Positions 50,722 to 62,480 of a stretch of 64,000 nt of DNA are shown piece by piece. This stretch comes from Anthoceros angustus (taxonomy: Eukaryota; Plantae; Anthocerotophyta). The number at the start of each line of letters is the position of its first letter. Position 1 is the stretch's first letter. The notes under the pieces were generated by a model, which was not told where the DNA came from, made no database searches, and saw only the letters and a program-made list of their open reading frames with translations. The DNA is taken from the NCBI GenBank assembly GCA_010909165.1, contig VJWM01000107.1:868001-932000 (forward strand), written 5' to 3'. Made by a program: the position numbers and the translations under genes.

Positions 50722-52307
50722 TCACAAGTTGTGCGCAAATCGGGCTGCGGATGCATCTGCTTGCACCACTCTTGGAGGAGCTGGTAGAGGAGGATTGCTT
50801 CGATTGAGGCCGTTTCTGCGACTGCATCACCAAAGGAAGCAAAGTAGAGCCATGAGATGAGCAAGAGAGTCCAAGGAGGATGGTAGCAACAGGTCTATGA
50901 TGCCCAGGCTATGACGTACCCCAATAAGTGAAGCTCAATAGTGGCCTTGAACTGAGAAGGAATTTCCATCAAAGCACTCACTGCAAATGCTGCCTCCCTT
51001 TGTGTGGCTGTCCATGGTTTGCTCATAATCGAGGTGAAGTTGACGAACTGGAAGTTGTCGAATGCACGCTGTGGTATATTGTCATCGAACTCGTGCATCT
51101 TTTCCCATGGGCCATCCCCGACTCCAACCAGCACGATGGACAGCGGGTACCGACTGGACACGAAGCACAAGTCAGTGGTCTTTGCGGCGTGTAACATGAT
51201 GTTGCTGCAACAGTGGAAGCATGTATGTACCTTGCAGCCACGATTGCTTCGATTGTAGCTTTCTCTTGTTCACTCTGAGATTCACCGTGCTCATTGGCAG
51301 ACACCTGCAGTTTGATTCACTGTTGGCTATCCTTACCAAAGGCACAAGTCACAAGGCTCCTCAAGTCCTGGCTAACGCACCTGCCCATCAGCAATGATCA
51401 CCAGAACATGATACTGGCCTCCACTCTCCTCCACAATCTCGACTGCAGCTTGTATGATGGGTGCAAACGATGTTGGGCCTGAAACACTCGTACCACAGGC
51501 AAACAACAGCATGACAACACCGGTGCCAACAGCACACATCTATCTTACACTCGCTGGGAGTGTGACCTGAAAGACGAAGGTGAGGAACGATTGCTCGATA
51601 TCGAGACAAAGCCTCCTCGAATCCTACGCAGGGGTGACGGTCCTCAAAGAAACTGAAGACACGCTTATCGTGAGTTGTAGCTGAAGATTGAACAGGGGAC
51701 AGTAAACAGCAACCTTCTGAATCAGCAAAGACACGCAATCGCCACATCCTTCTCGAGCTACGGCAAGCACGGATCCAGTTAACACTTACTGTCTCCAAAT
51801 CCGAAACAGGGAATCAGGTTGTCCTCATCAAACGGGGATAGAGTCTCTCCAATTATCGATATCGCTTGTTGATACGGATTTAGTTCAGAACCAATTGCAT
51901 GCAAGCTCCTACCATTGAAGCATTTCCTGCCTGCCACCTTCCAATAAGCATCATCCATCCAAAGCCCTGCTCACCAAGCCAAGACACTGTTTCAAACTCT
52001 AGCTTCCAACCTGTCCATTCGTTGCTCTTTGTGAAATCGATGCCCAGAATCAAGTTGGACGACTCCAAGCCAGCTTGCCTTAAAGCTTGTTGAACCTACG
52101 ACATCAACGTCCGTCAGTCCGTCGAATTCTATCACCACCCAAATTTCTGGGATCACCATCTCCCACCTGATCCAGGCTTGTGTACTGATCAACTATGTGG
52201 GCGTACTTTGACGACCCCGAGTTTGAACCATGTGAACCCCCCTTATGGATCAGACCGGGTCCCTGCGTTCTGGGTGAAGGCGATGGTCCAGAGAAGCAGA
52301 CTCCCAT
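50722..52307 (-). CDS. Copine/vWA-domain RGLG-like protein lacking the C-terminal RING, multi-exon
   Basis: ATG at 52307 (MGVCFSG...[14 protein letters not shown]); [77 protein letters not shown]. Last exon 50821-50722 reads [32 protein letters not shown] then TGA. Confidence 0.85.
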
Positions 52308-52758
52308 CGGTAAACACGACCTATGTCGACTACTTTGTTTCAGATGTTGCCGCTGCAACTAAGTGGCGTGGATTCTCGAAGACAACCCAAAAAGTAACAA
52401 CTTTACACACATTGTGTATACATTCTCAACCCCGTGCTTCAGACAAGGCAAATGCAACAACGGCCAGCGTGGGCGGCAAGGTAATGACGGCCGGCGTGAG
52501 CGGCAAGGTAATCACGGCCAGCATGGGCGGCATGCAAGGAAACAAGTGTTCTTGGACCACCAGAGTTATCATCCTACTTACAACAGCCCAAATTATTCTC
52601 GCGTGCTTTGGCAAACAGGTTACCAGTTCCTCGCGGTGACTGCTGCGTGGGCATATCAAATCGAGCACAATATACAGACCTCACGCAGGATCAATCCCAA
52701 ATCCCAACCCCCCAGAATCGTTAATGTACATGCCGGAGTGAAGACTATAGTACATAGA

Positions 52759-55219
52759 TTAGTAGAGCCGGATCCTCGTGACAATACGTTGTCGGCATAT
52801 TGGGCAGCTCGTCAAGTCCTTCCCGCACTCCGTACAAGTCTGCAGACAGTGGAGGCTAGATTGAAGTTCTGTTTCACTTGAAATGCAGAGCGAGTAGCAT
52901 GAGTGGAATGACAAGTTAGACGTTACCTGGTGGCCACACTGAAAGGCTAGGTTCTTCGGAGCTGAGTAGCAGATTGGGCATACCTGAAAAACAAAAGTAT
53001 TAGACCAGTGGACGGAGCAGTCTGGGGACAAACACATGACATCAATCCACTTGGGAAGAGGGGAGGAAGGCATTTGAAATTTCATTAGCAGACCTGATAG
53101 TCATTGTGGTTATCAGCGGGCTCGGAGGGCATTGAAGTGTCGCCATATCCATAACCAGAAGAGGTTGGAACTTTGGCGCCGAAGTCTTCTGTGAGTACAG
53201 GGTATCTAGCCTGCGCGGTGGCTCCTGCGTGTGGATAACTACTGCCAGTAGAATCCATCTGCAACACTCTAGGTGGCGGTGGTAAAGGAGGACTTTCCTG
53301 CACTCTGCCTGTTCGCCTCCTGCAGCATTTCATCCATTCATTCAGAAAAAGACCAGTTCCAAAGGCTCCACAAGAAACCATGGAAGCTGAAACAGTCTAC
53401 AGGGCCTACCCCAACATCTTGAGTTCAATGCTTGCTTTATACTGAGAAGGAATTTCCATTAGAGCAGAGAGTGCAAACAATGCCTCCTTTTGCACTGCAG
53501 GCATATTTTTTGCCATGATCTGTGTGAAGTTCACGAACTGCAGAAAACCACACAGAGGATTAAGACCAGCATAAATGAGGCTCACAACCAGACTCCGATC
53601 TGACCCAGCAACGCGCCTGGCTTCCTCAAGTGTTATGGAAAGTGGGTAAAGATAAACCAAAGGGAGAGCGCAAGCAGCTACACTACCTGAAAATTGTCAA
53701 AACCACGAGAAGGTATGTTGTCATCGAACTCCCTCATGGTGTCCCATGGTCCATCACCTACCCCAACCAGAATAATTGATAGGGGATGCTGGCTGGGGAC
53801 ACAAATAACAGAGCACGTTTTACTCTCATGAAACTGAGCAAACACGATATCCAGAATCGACATCAAGGAAGATCCACTACCTTGCAGCCACAATTGCACT
53901 GATTGTCGATTCCTCCTGAGGGCTAAATTGTCCAGGTTCGGTGTCAACACTTCTTGTAACCTGCAAGCGGTCCAAACTCCTCTTTGGCAATATGCACTCA
54001 GGATACAAACCGATCATAACATGATACGTATCTTAAGTTATCACACACATACCTGTCCATCTGCAATTATGACAAGGACGTGGTACTGCCCACCACTTTC
54101 TTCAACAATGTCAATTGCAGTTTCTATCAATGGGGCAAAGGAAGTCGGCCCTGCAGTCACCAGAAGCATACCTTAAACCAAGCAATCCTCTCCAACCAAA
54201 CAACTGAGCAGCAAAATGCTTACCACAGGAAACTGGACGCATGAACTAGAGACCAACCAGCAAGCCGAAGATGTGGGACAATGGCCCTGTATCGTTGCAA
54301 AGCTTCTTCAAATCCATTACATGGTCTGTTGTTTTGAAAAAAACTGAACACATGTTGATCATGAGTGGAGGCTGCACCCAGAATCAAAACAAACAAACGA
54401 ACAAATAAACAAACAAGAATCCCGAACACGTGAGAAGCTATCTCACCGACACTGGACAACCGGCAGATGCGAAGAGCTAAAGCACCTTCACGGCAAAAGA
54501 TACAGTGACATGTCACAAGAAACATACCATCACCAAAGCCAAAGCATGGAATCAAGTTGTCCTCATCGAACGGGGACAGAGTTCGGCCTATAATGGACAG
54601 GGCCTGCTCATAGGGGTTAAGCATAGGCGCTGGCAGTATCGAATGGAGGCTTCGTCCATTGAAGGAGTGCTTCCCTGCAAATTCCATAACACAAAACCAT
54701 CATCATCATCATCAGCGCGAATTCTGCGAACCATCTCACAACAAAAAAACCCTTCAAAACCCACAAAATTTCCGCCAGACCCACACCTGTCCACTCGTTA
54801 CTCTTAGTAAAGTCGATACCAACAATCAAATTCGAAGACTCCAACCCAGCTTGCCCCAGCTCATCTTGCACCTGCACCACGACAAACTCAGCCACACACA
54901 TCCGTAGCAACACCAACCGACTCACCACGATCCACCCACCCGGATCCTCACCTGATCAAGGCTCGTATACCTATCCGCTATGTGGGAGTACTTTTTCGAA
55001 AACCGTCGCCCCAACTGCGGCTTGGGGGCAGCGTGAGGGTGGAGGGCTGGGAACCTCCTGCGGATAAGAGTAGGGCGGGGGTGGGTAGTAGTAGGAAGCT
55101 CCAGAGCCAGCTTCAGGAACAGGCGCAGCCGGACGCAGTGGCTCCACGGGCGTGTAGGGCGGGGCGCGAGACGGTCGCGGCGGAGGGATGTACGTCTGCT
55201 GCGAATTCGAATTTCCCAT
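52759..55219 (-). CDS. RGLG: RING domain ligase (copine/vWA + C3HC4 RING E3 ubiquitin ligase), multi-exon
   Basis: ATG at 55219 (MGNSNS, Gly2 myristoylation type), Pro-rich N-terminus, [18 protein letters not shown], copine core, terminal [18 protein letters not shown]|[26 protein letters not shown]. One apparent 1-bp frameshift in exon 1 is corrected in the duplicate copy, so is probably a sequencing error. Confidence 0.93.
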
Positions 55220-55548
55220 AGCTCCACCCGAAACCAGAAATTTACAGAACAAGTAGAGCCCAGAGGCAGCCTTGTCTTAGAAGCAACCCACAGATCACCA
55301 ACTTCCGCCTGCATTCGACGAGCAGCACCCAGGACGGCGCGTGGCTCCTTCGAGCAAGTTGCTCCGTGGGAACAAAAGTTGCCGGCACTTGCCCGTTGTC
55401 CTTCCTCTACACCCCAACACGTGCATGCAGCAGCTTACTCGATCCATTTCGTGCAATGTAATATCTCTTGTAAAATTATCTATTTTATTATAAATTGATA
55501 CAGAAGTTATCCTTTAAAATATATATCCTAGATCGCGAAAACGAGATG

Positions 55549-55985
55549 CCAAAGCCTGAAATTTGCCAAACCTATAAGCCAGGTGAATGAAAGAGATATC
55601 GAAATCTCAAATCTACGATCGCCCCATGGCAGCCTTACAACAAGGGCACCCAAGGGTTTCAGAAGAAGTAGGACATCAAGAGCCATGAACAAGTGAAGAT
55701 GGATAACACCTACCTCTACAGGGATCCCAAAGCCTGAAATTTGCCTGATATTTAAGCGAGGTGAATGAAAGAGATATGGAAATCTCAAATCTACGATCGC
55801 TCCATGGCAGCCTTACAACAAGGGCACTCAAAGTTTCACAAGAAGTAGGACATCAAGAGCCATGAACAAGTGAAGATGGAGAACACCTGCCTCTACAGGG
55901 ATCGCCCCATGACAGGATTACAACAAGGACCATGTAGAGATTCACAACAAGTAGGTCATCTATGGACAAGTGAAGATAGATAGCA
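55549..55985. repeat. ~178-bp tandem repeat, about 2.5 copies, upstream of RGLG
   Basis: CCAAAGCCTGAAATTTGCC...GAAATCTCAAATCTACGATCGC...GTAGGACATCAAGAGCCATGAACAAGTGAAGATG at 55549 and 55727, with a partial third copy. Confidence 0.85.
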
Positions 55986-56655
55986 CATATCTATACTCCA
56001 TGACCCTCTATGAGATTGTTTAATTGATCATGAAAAACTTTATGCATTCAATACCACAAGAGATGTCATTCCTCAAGAAAGGACCCTCCTTCCATGCTCT
56101 TCTCTCTCTTTTCAAGGCACACATTGTTTGTCTTCTACCATATTATACATCTTGTCTTAGGATCTTTGGATTTCTTCCAAAGCCGAGGCCTGCTTTATGT
56201 AGTAAATTCACGGCACATCAAATCATCCGGCTCAACGATCCAGATGCCCATGCATCAACTAAAATTCTGGGCGTTAATGGACAATACATTTGGGTAAGAT
56301 CAAGTTGTTCCGTGGATGTGCCAAATCCAATGACAACCACATATATGTATATGTCCTTGTGTACATATGCACATGTTGCAACATACAATATCCACATGTC
56401 CTATTACGCAACCAACACGTAACTTTGATCGGTACTTAACTTTGTCCGCGAGTCCCAATATGCGATAAACACATAACTTTACGGTTTCATTTGTCATAAT
56501 TCTCTACAAACACGTAACTCTCACGGGACCCAATCCACCATAACACATGCATACAAAACTCTCGATTTCTAACATCATCCACATGTCTCAAATTCACGAC
56601 AAACACAAACTCTTTCTCCAATTATAAAATGTGCATCTTAGACAAACATATGTAC

Positions 56656-57523
56656 GAACACATGTTGATCATGAGTGGAGGCTGCACCCAGAATCAAAAC
56701 AAACAAACGAACAAATAAACAAACAAGAATCCTGAACACGTGAGAAGCTATCTCACCGACACTGGACAACTGGCAGATGCGAAGAGCTAAAGCACCTTCA
56801 CGGCAAAAGATACAGTGACATGTCACAAGAAACATACCATCACCAAAGCCAAAGCATGGAATCAAGTTGTCCTCATCGAACGGGGACAGAGTTCGGCCTA
56901 TAATGGACAGGGCCTGCTCATAGGGGTTAAGCATAGGCGCTGGCAGTATCGAATGGAGGCTTCGTCCATTGAAGGAGTGCTTCCTGCAAATTCCATAACA
57001 CAAAACCATCATCATCATCAGCGCGAATTCTGCGAACCATCTCACAACAAAAACCCTTCAAAACCCACAAAATTTCCGCCAGACCCACACCTGTCCACTC
57101 GTTACTCTTAGTAAAGTCGATACCAACAATCAAATTCGAAGACTCAACCCAGCTTGCCCCAGCTCATCTTGCACCTGCACCACGACAAACTCAGCCACAC
57201 ACATCCGTAGCAACACCAACCGACTCACCACGATCCACCCACCCGGATCCTCACCTGATCAAGGCTCGTATACCTATCCGCTATGTGGGAGTACTTTTTC
57301 GAAAACCGTCGCCCCAACTGCGGCTTGGGGGCAGCGTGAGGGGTGGAGGGCTGGGAACTCTCCTGCGGATAAGAGTAGGGCGGGGGTGGGTAGTAGTAGG
57401 AAGCTCCAGAGCCAGCTTCAGGAACAGGCGCAGCCGGACGCAGTGGCTCCACGGGCGTGTAGGGCGGGGCGCGAGACGGTCGCAGCGGAGGGATGTACGT
57501 CTGCTGCGAATTCAATTTCCCAT
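56656..57523 (-). pseudogene. Truncated duplicate of the RGLG 5' exons
   Basis: ATG at 57523; copies exons through ...STHDQHVF, then runs into the intact gene's upstream DNA and stops (FVHMFV*) at 56638. Confidence 0.85.
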
Positions 57524-57852
57524 AGCTCCACCCGAAACCAGAAATTTACAGAACAAGTAGAGCCCAGAGGCAGCCTTGTCTTAGAAGCAACCCACAGATC
57601 ACCAACTTCCGCCTGCATTCGACGAGCAGCACCCAGGACGGCGCGTGGCTCCTTCGAGCAAGTTGCTCCGTGGGAACAAAAGTTGCCGGCACTTGCCCGT
57701 TGTCCTTCCTCTACACCCCAACACGTGCATGCAGCAGCTTACTCGATCCATTTCGTGCAATGTAATATCTCTTGTAAAATTATCTATTTTATTATAAATT
57801 GATACAGAAGTTATCCTTTAAAATATATATCCTAGATCGCGAAAACGAGATG

Positions 57853-58275
57853 CCAAAGCCTGAAATTTGCTATAAGCCAGGTGAATGAAAGAGATATCGA
57901 AATCTCAAATCTACGATCGCCCCATGGCAGCCTTACAACAAGGGCACCCAAGGGTTTCAGAAGTAGGACATCAAGAGCCATGAACAAGTGAAGATGGATA
58001 ACACCTACCTCTACAGGATCCCAAAGCCTGAAATTTGCCTGATATTTAAGCGAGGTGAATGAAAGAGATATGGAAATCTCAAATCTGATCGCTCCATGGC
58101 GACCTTACAACAAGGGCACTCAAAGTTTCACAAGAAGTAGGACATCAAGAGCCATGAACAAGTGAAGATGGAGAACACACACTCTCTGAGGATCGCCCCA
58201 TGACAGATTACAACAAGGACCATGTAGAGATTCACAACAAGTAGGTCATCTATGGACAAGTGAAGATAGATAGCA
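57853..58275. repeat. ~178-bp tandem repeat (second copy, inside the 2.3-kb duplication)
   Basis: Same motifs as 55549-55985. Confidence 0.85.
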
Positions 58276-59527
58276 CATATCTATACTCCATGACCCTCTA
58301 TGAGATTGTTTAATTGATCATGAAAAACTTTATGCATTCAATACCACAAGAGATGTCATTCCTCAAGAAAGGACCCTCCCTTCCATGCTCTTCTCTCTCT
58401 TTTTCAAGGCAGCACACATTGTTTGTCTTCTACCATATTATACATCTTGTCTTAGGATCTTTGGATTTCTTCCAAAGCCGAGGCCTGCTTTATGTAGTAA
58501 ATTCACGGCACATCAAATCATCCGGCTCAACGATCCAGATGCCCATGCATCAACTAAAATTCTGGGCGTTAATGGACAATACATTTGGGTAAGATCAAGT
58601 TGTTCCGTGGATGTGCCAAATCCAATGACAACCACATATATGTATATGTCCTTGTGTACATATGCACATGTTGCAACATACAATATCCACATGTCCTATT
58701 ACGCAACCAACACGTAACTTTGACTGGTACTTAACTTTGTCCGCGAGTCCCAATATGCGATAAACACATAACTTTACGGTTTCATTTGTCATAATTCTCT
58801 ACAAACACGTAACTCTGTCTACGGGACCCAATCCACCATAAACACATGCATACAAAACTCTACGATTTCTAACATCATCCACATGTCTCAAATTCACGAC
58901 AAACACAAACTCTTTCTCCAATTATAAAATGTGCATCTTAGACAAACATATGTACGAACACTGTGTTGCATAGTCTACAATTCTGGTCCATAGTCCACAA
59001 CAAACACATATCTCTCTCTAGATATAAAATCGTACATTTCATAAAAATATATATGCGCAGTTTGTAAAGTCTGCAATTCTAGTTTAGCATTTGCCTACCT
59101 TGTAAAGTCACAGATCAACTAGCTCGAGTCACTTCCAGGCCAAGTCAACATCGAACCTAGCTCAAACGGCCACATAGACACAATCCACCGTGGCAAGCGA
59201 TTGGCTGACAAGGCGCTGACGTAACAAGTAATAATTGCCCAGATTTTGCCCATCAACACTTTGCACATTAAATTAGCAAATCTGGGCGTTAATGAACGTA
59301 ACAACTAAAATTTTCTAGTTCAGTTATGTGCGTCTATCGGATAAGTCACAATTTGCTAACCACAGTTCGTCACGCAGTGCAGTTTGAAAATCCAATTGAT
59401 ATGATGGAATGAAAATAAAACTTTCTAGCTAACACACAGTTCAACGAACTAAACTGAATTCATCTCAATTCGACGGAACTACCATTGCGTAAGGATCTCA
59501 AGTAGACTCTATGTTTGTGAGTCATAA

Positions 59528-59710
59528 GATTATTCATATATCTAATTCAGTCCTGATTATTTGTATCTCTAATTTGATCCCGATTATTCCTATCTCTAAT
59601 TCGATCCCGATCATTCATATCTCTAATTCGATCTGATTATTCATATCTCTGATTCGATCCTGATTATTCATATCTCTAGTTCGATCGTATTCATATCTCT
59701 AGTTTGATCG
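59528..59710. repeat. 27-bp minisatellite, about 7 imperfect copies
   Basis: Consensus GATTATTCATATCTCTAATTCGATCCT. Confidence 0.85.
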
Positions 59711-60200
59711 TACCTAATTCAGAGATTAAGTTAAATTCTTGTAAATATAACTCGCTTGAAGGAATGTATCCATGCAGTATCTTTCCATTCGGTTGTGCTC
59801 ATTATTTTATGGTAACTTTTCCGCTAAGTCTCCACTTGTGTTTTGCAAAGGTGTAAAAGTCTAGTTATCCGCATTCTTATTGAGCTGCACGCTTGAAGTC
59901 CATCGTGTGGTGGTATCCTATCGTGATATGGAGATATGTACAAGACGAAGGAGAAGAAGTGGAGATACCAGACGGAAGGAGAAGAAGTGTATGAAGATGG
60001 CGAGTACTGTACTGTCATATTAGATGTGATTACGTACGGAAATAGCCTATAATACAGGGTGAGAGGGCGGGAAAGCAGCTGCATCGAAGTTGGGGACCCT
60101 ACGGAGCCTATATGTGCACAGCAGGAAGCTGCACTTCATTTCTGAAGGCAGCCGCAAGCTCATCAGGCTGCGTCTCCCCGTGTGTGGAGACGGGAGAGCG

Positions 60201-62480
60201 ATGGCCGCCGCAAGGCAGCTCACCTTGCGGTCACGCTCGATCACCGTCGGCACGGAGGCCGCTGCTGCCAGCGGCGATGCGGAACCGGAGAGCGGCCGGG
60301 GACGTGGTCGGGGCGGCAGGGGGAGAGGAAGGGGACGAGGTAGGGGAAGTGGTAGGGGAAGGGGAAGGAGCAGGGGCAGGGGCCGGGGCCGGGGCCCGAC
60401 GCAGAGGATGGAGGAAGATGCAGAAGACGCCTCGGAAGATGGAATTGCGATGCCGGACGAGGAGGTGGAGAGCCGGAAGGGCAAACGGGCCAGAGAAAGT
60501 GATGCCAGCGACTCAGAAGAGTCGGATTCAGAAGAGTCCGTGCGGAAGCCGCCGCGACCTGCAAAGAAGATGAGCAAGAAGGCAGGGAATGGCGGACAAA
60601 CCGATGAGGAGGATGAAGGCCAGGCGGCTTTGGAAGATGAACTGAGCGTGGAGGCCAGGGCGAGTTTTGGCGACGAAGCTGCGACTTCCGTGGGAGCTTG
60701 GACACGTCAACATCAAGCTACGGTAGCTCAAACTGTTGCCGGAGCTGAAGCAGCGAGGCTTCGGAAGGGGAAGGGCAAGCGAGGGGCGAGAGGTGGAGGG
60801 AGCGATTCCGACTCTGATTCTGTTGCCTTGCGGAAGCGGCCGCGACCTAGAAGGTATAGCCGGGGGCAGGAGAGGGAGAATGATGCAGCCTCGGAGGATT
60901 TGGATGCAGTCGGCGTGGAGGAGAACGCGAATTCTGAGGCGAATTTTGGTGAAGGTATGGAGGCTGGCGGAGCTGGACCATCGAGAACTCGGGAAGGAGA
61001 TGCGGAGGCGCGGGTTGGTGCTGCCAGGGCCAGGAACCTGGCCATTGCTCGCCGCAGGGCTTCACATTTCGCTCATTTCCAGGCTGTGGATGTAGAGGTA
61101 GCGGCGGAAGTGGCGGCACCGGCACCGGCACCGGCAGTGGTGCCGGCTCCGGTGCCGCGGCCGCGCGAGAATTGGCCGGGGCCGTTTTCTGTGGCCTCGG
61201 ATTTGGTGAGGGCAAGAGCAGCCGCTGCTGAGGAGCGTAAGGCGTCCTTGGCGGCCCTGGGACAGGGACGGCCGGCGCAGGACAGGCATCTGTGGAAGCC
61301 GTCGAGGAATGAGAGCTTTGTAGATATGACAAGAAAGCGGCCTTCACTTCACAGCATGACGGTGGAGCTTCTTTGCAAGTACATCGATAACGTGGATTGC
61401 CTCGGAGTTTTGGCGGACGAGTCCATCAGGAAGTTGTGCAACAGGCTGTGTGAGTTGAGGAAGATGAGCGGGAGGGTGATGGCGCTTCTTGTTTCCGGGC
61501 AGCCGGTGGAGCTGGTTATTCCTGATTTTTCTGCTGTTCCAGAGAACGACTTCTGTACAGCAGCCCAAGGCCTGTCGACCGAGAGGCTGCAAACTCTGAA
61601 GCTCGGCATGTGCGGCCGAGTGCTGTCCGATCAGTTTGTTGAATCCTTCACAGGGCCTGAGAAGCAGGGCTTTCCTGTGCTCCGAACCTTATCTCTGCAG
61701 GGTGCGTACAGGCTGGCGGACGGGGGACTTATAAAATTGGTGGAGGCTTGCAAGGGGCTCACATGCTTGGAGCTGCGGCAGTGTAATTCCATCACGGAGT
61801 CTGGCATCAAGAAAGTGGTGGAACTGGTAGGATCCAAGTTGGAATCTCTATCGTTGGAGGGATGTGATCAGCTCAACCCGGAGGATATGCGCGCAGCCTT
61901 CTTCATGATGCCTAATCTTCGGCGACTGTCATTGTCAGACATCGGAGGGGTCACAGATAAGGTGGTGCACTTGGTGGCATCCTGTTCGGGAGCGAAGTTG
62001 AGGGAGCTGGAACTTGGTGGCTGTCAGAAGGTGACGGATGAGGCCGTGAGTGCAATTGTCAGTTGGTGCCCCGGCCTCAAAGTCCTTAATTTGGACAATC
62101 TGAACCTCCTCACAGATGCATCTCTGGAAACCATGGTGAACAGGGGAGTAAGCTTTGAGAAGCTGTCTTTGAAGCGTTGTAATTTCAGTGATGAGGCTTT
62201 GGCCTGTCTTGTCACCTCTTTAGAAGACAAGCTCAAGCAACTGTCTGTGAACGCAGTTCGACAGGCAGGGGACCAAACTTTGCAGGCACTTGCTGCGCAC
62301 TGCAAGACCTCGTTGGAAGAGCTGGATATCTCTTGGTGTCGCAGCATGACCGATGAATGTCTTGGTCTCCTTGCAGATTCGTGCCAGCGTCTTACAAAGC
62401 TTACCCTCTACGGGTGCACTCAAGTCACAGAGGTCTTCACTAAAGGCCACTCCAACGCCAGTCTCGTCCTTGTTTCCTAG
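60201..62480 (+). CDS. RAD7: RAD7-like (rhp7-type) leucine-rich repeat/RNI-like nucleotide-excision-repair protein, single exon, 759 aa
   Basis: First ATG of the ORF is at 60201. RG-rich and acidic N-terminus, WPGPFSVA motif, PSLHSMTVELLCKYIDNVDCLG (Elongin-C-box-like), then cysteine-containing LRRs (LSLQGAYRLAD, LELRQCNSITESG, LELGGCQKVTDEAV, LDISWCRSMTDECLG, LTLYGCTQVT). Family call is from memory of plant and yeast RAD7. Confidence 0.8.
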   Translation: MAAARQLTLRSRSITVGTEAAAASGDAEPESGRGRGRGGRGRGRGRGRGSGRGRGRSRGRGRGRGPTQRMEEDAEDASEDGIAMPDEEVESRKGKRARESDASDSEESDSEESVRKPPRPAKKMSKKAGNGGQTDEEDEGQAALEDELSVEARASFGDEAATSVGAWTRQHQATVAQTVAGAEAARLRKGKGKRGARGGGSDSDSDSVALRKRPRPRRYSRGQERENDAASEDLDAVGVEENANSEANFGEGMEAGGAGPSRTREGDAEARVGAARARNLAIARRRASHFAHFQAVDVEVAAEVAAPAPAPAVVPAPVPRPRENWPGPFSVASDLVRARAAAAEERKASLAALGQGRPAQDRHLWKPSRNESFVDMTRKRPSLHSMTVELLCKYIDNVDCLGVLADESIRKLCNRLCELRKMSGRVMALLVSGQPVELVIPDFSAVPENDFCTAAQGLSTERLQTLKLGMCGRVLSDQFVESFTGPEKQGFPVLRTLSLQGAYRLADGGLIKLVEACKGLTCLELRQCNSITESGIKKVVELVGSKLESLSLEGCDQLNPEDMRAAFFMMPNLRRLSLSDIGGVTDKVVHLVASCSGAKLRELELGGCQKVTDEAVSAIVSWCPGLKVLNLDNLNLLTDASLETMVNRGVSFEKLSLKRCNFSDEALACLVTSLEDKLKQLSVNAVRQAGDQTLQALAAHCKTSLEELDISWCRSMTDECLGLLADSCQRLTKLTLYGCTQVTEVFTKGHSNASLVLVS

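Larger units (their letters stand above)
54346..58961. repeat. ~2.3-kb direct tandem duplication (54346-56655 / 56656-58955) bounded by GAACAC microhomology
   Basis: Near-identical sequence in both halves; GAACAC at 54346, 56656 and 58956. Confidence 0.93.

Noticed and set aside
59237-59287. Short inverted repeat GCCCAGATTTTGC / GCAAATCTGGGC as a MITE terminus
   Set aside because: Only ~12 bp and imperfect; no target-site duplication or matching element end identified.
60090-60200. Extended RAD7 N-terminus from the ORF track
   Set aside because: The track start is a non-ATG codon; the first ATG is at 60201.
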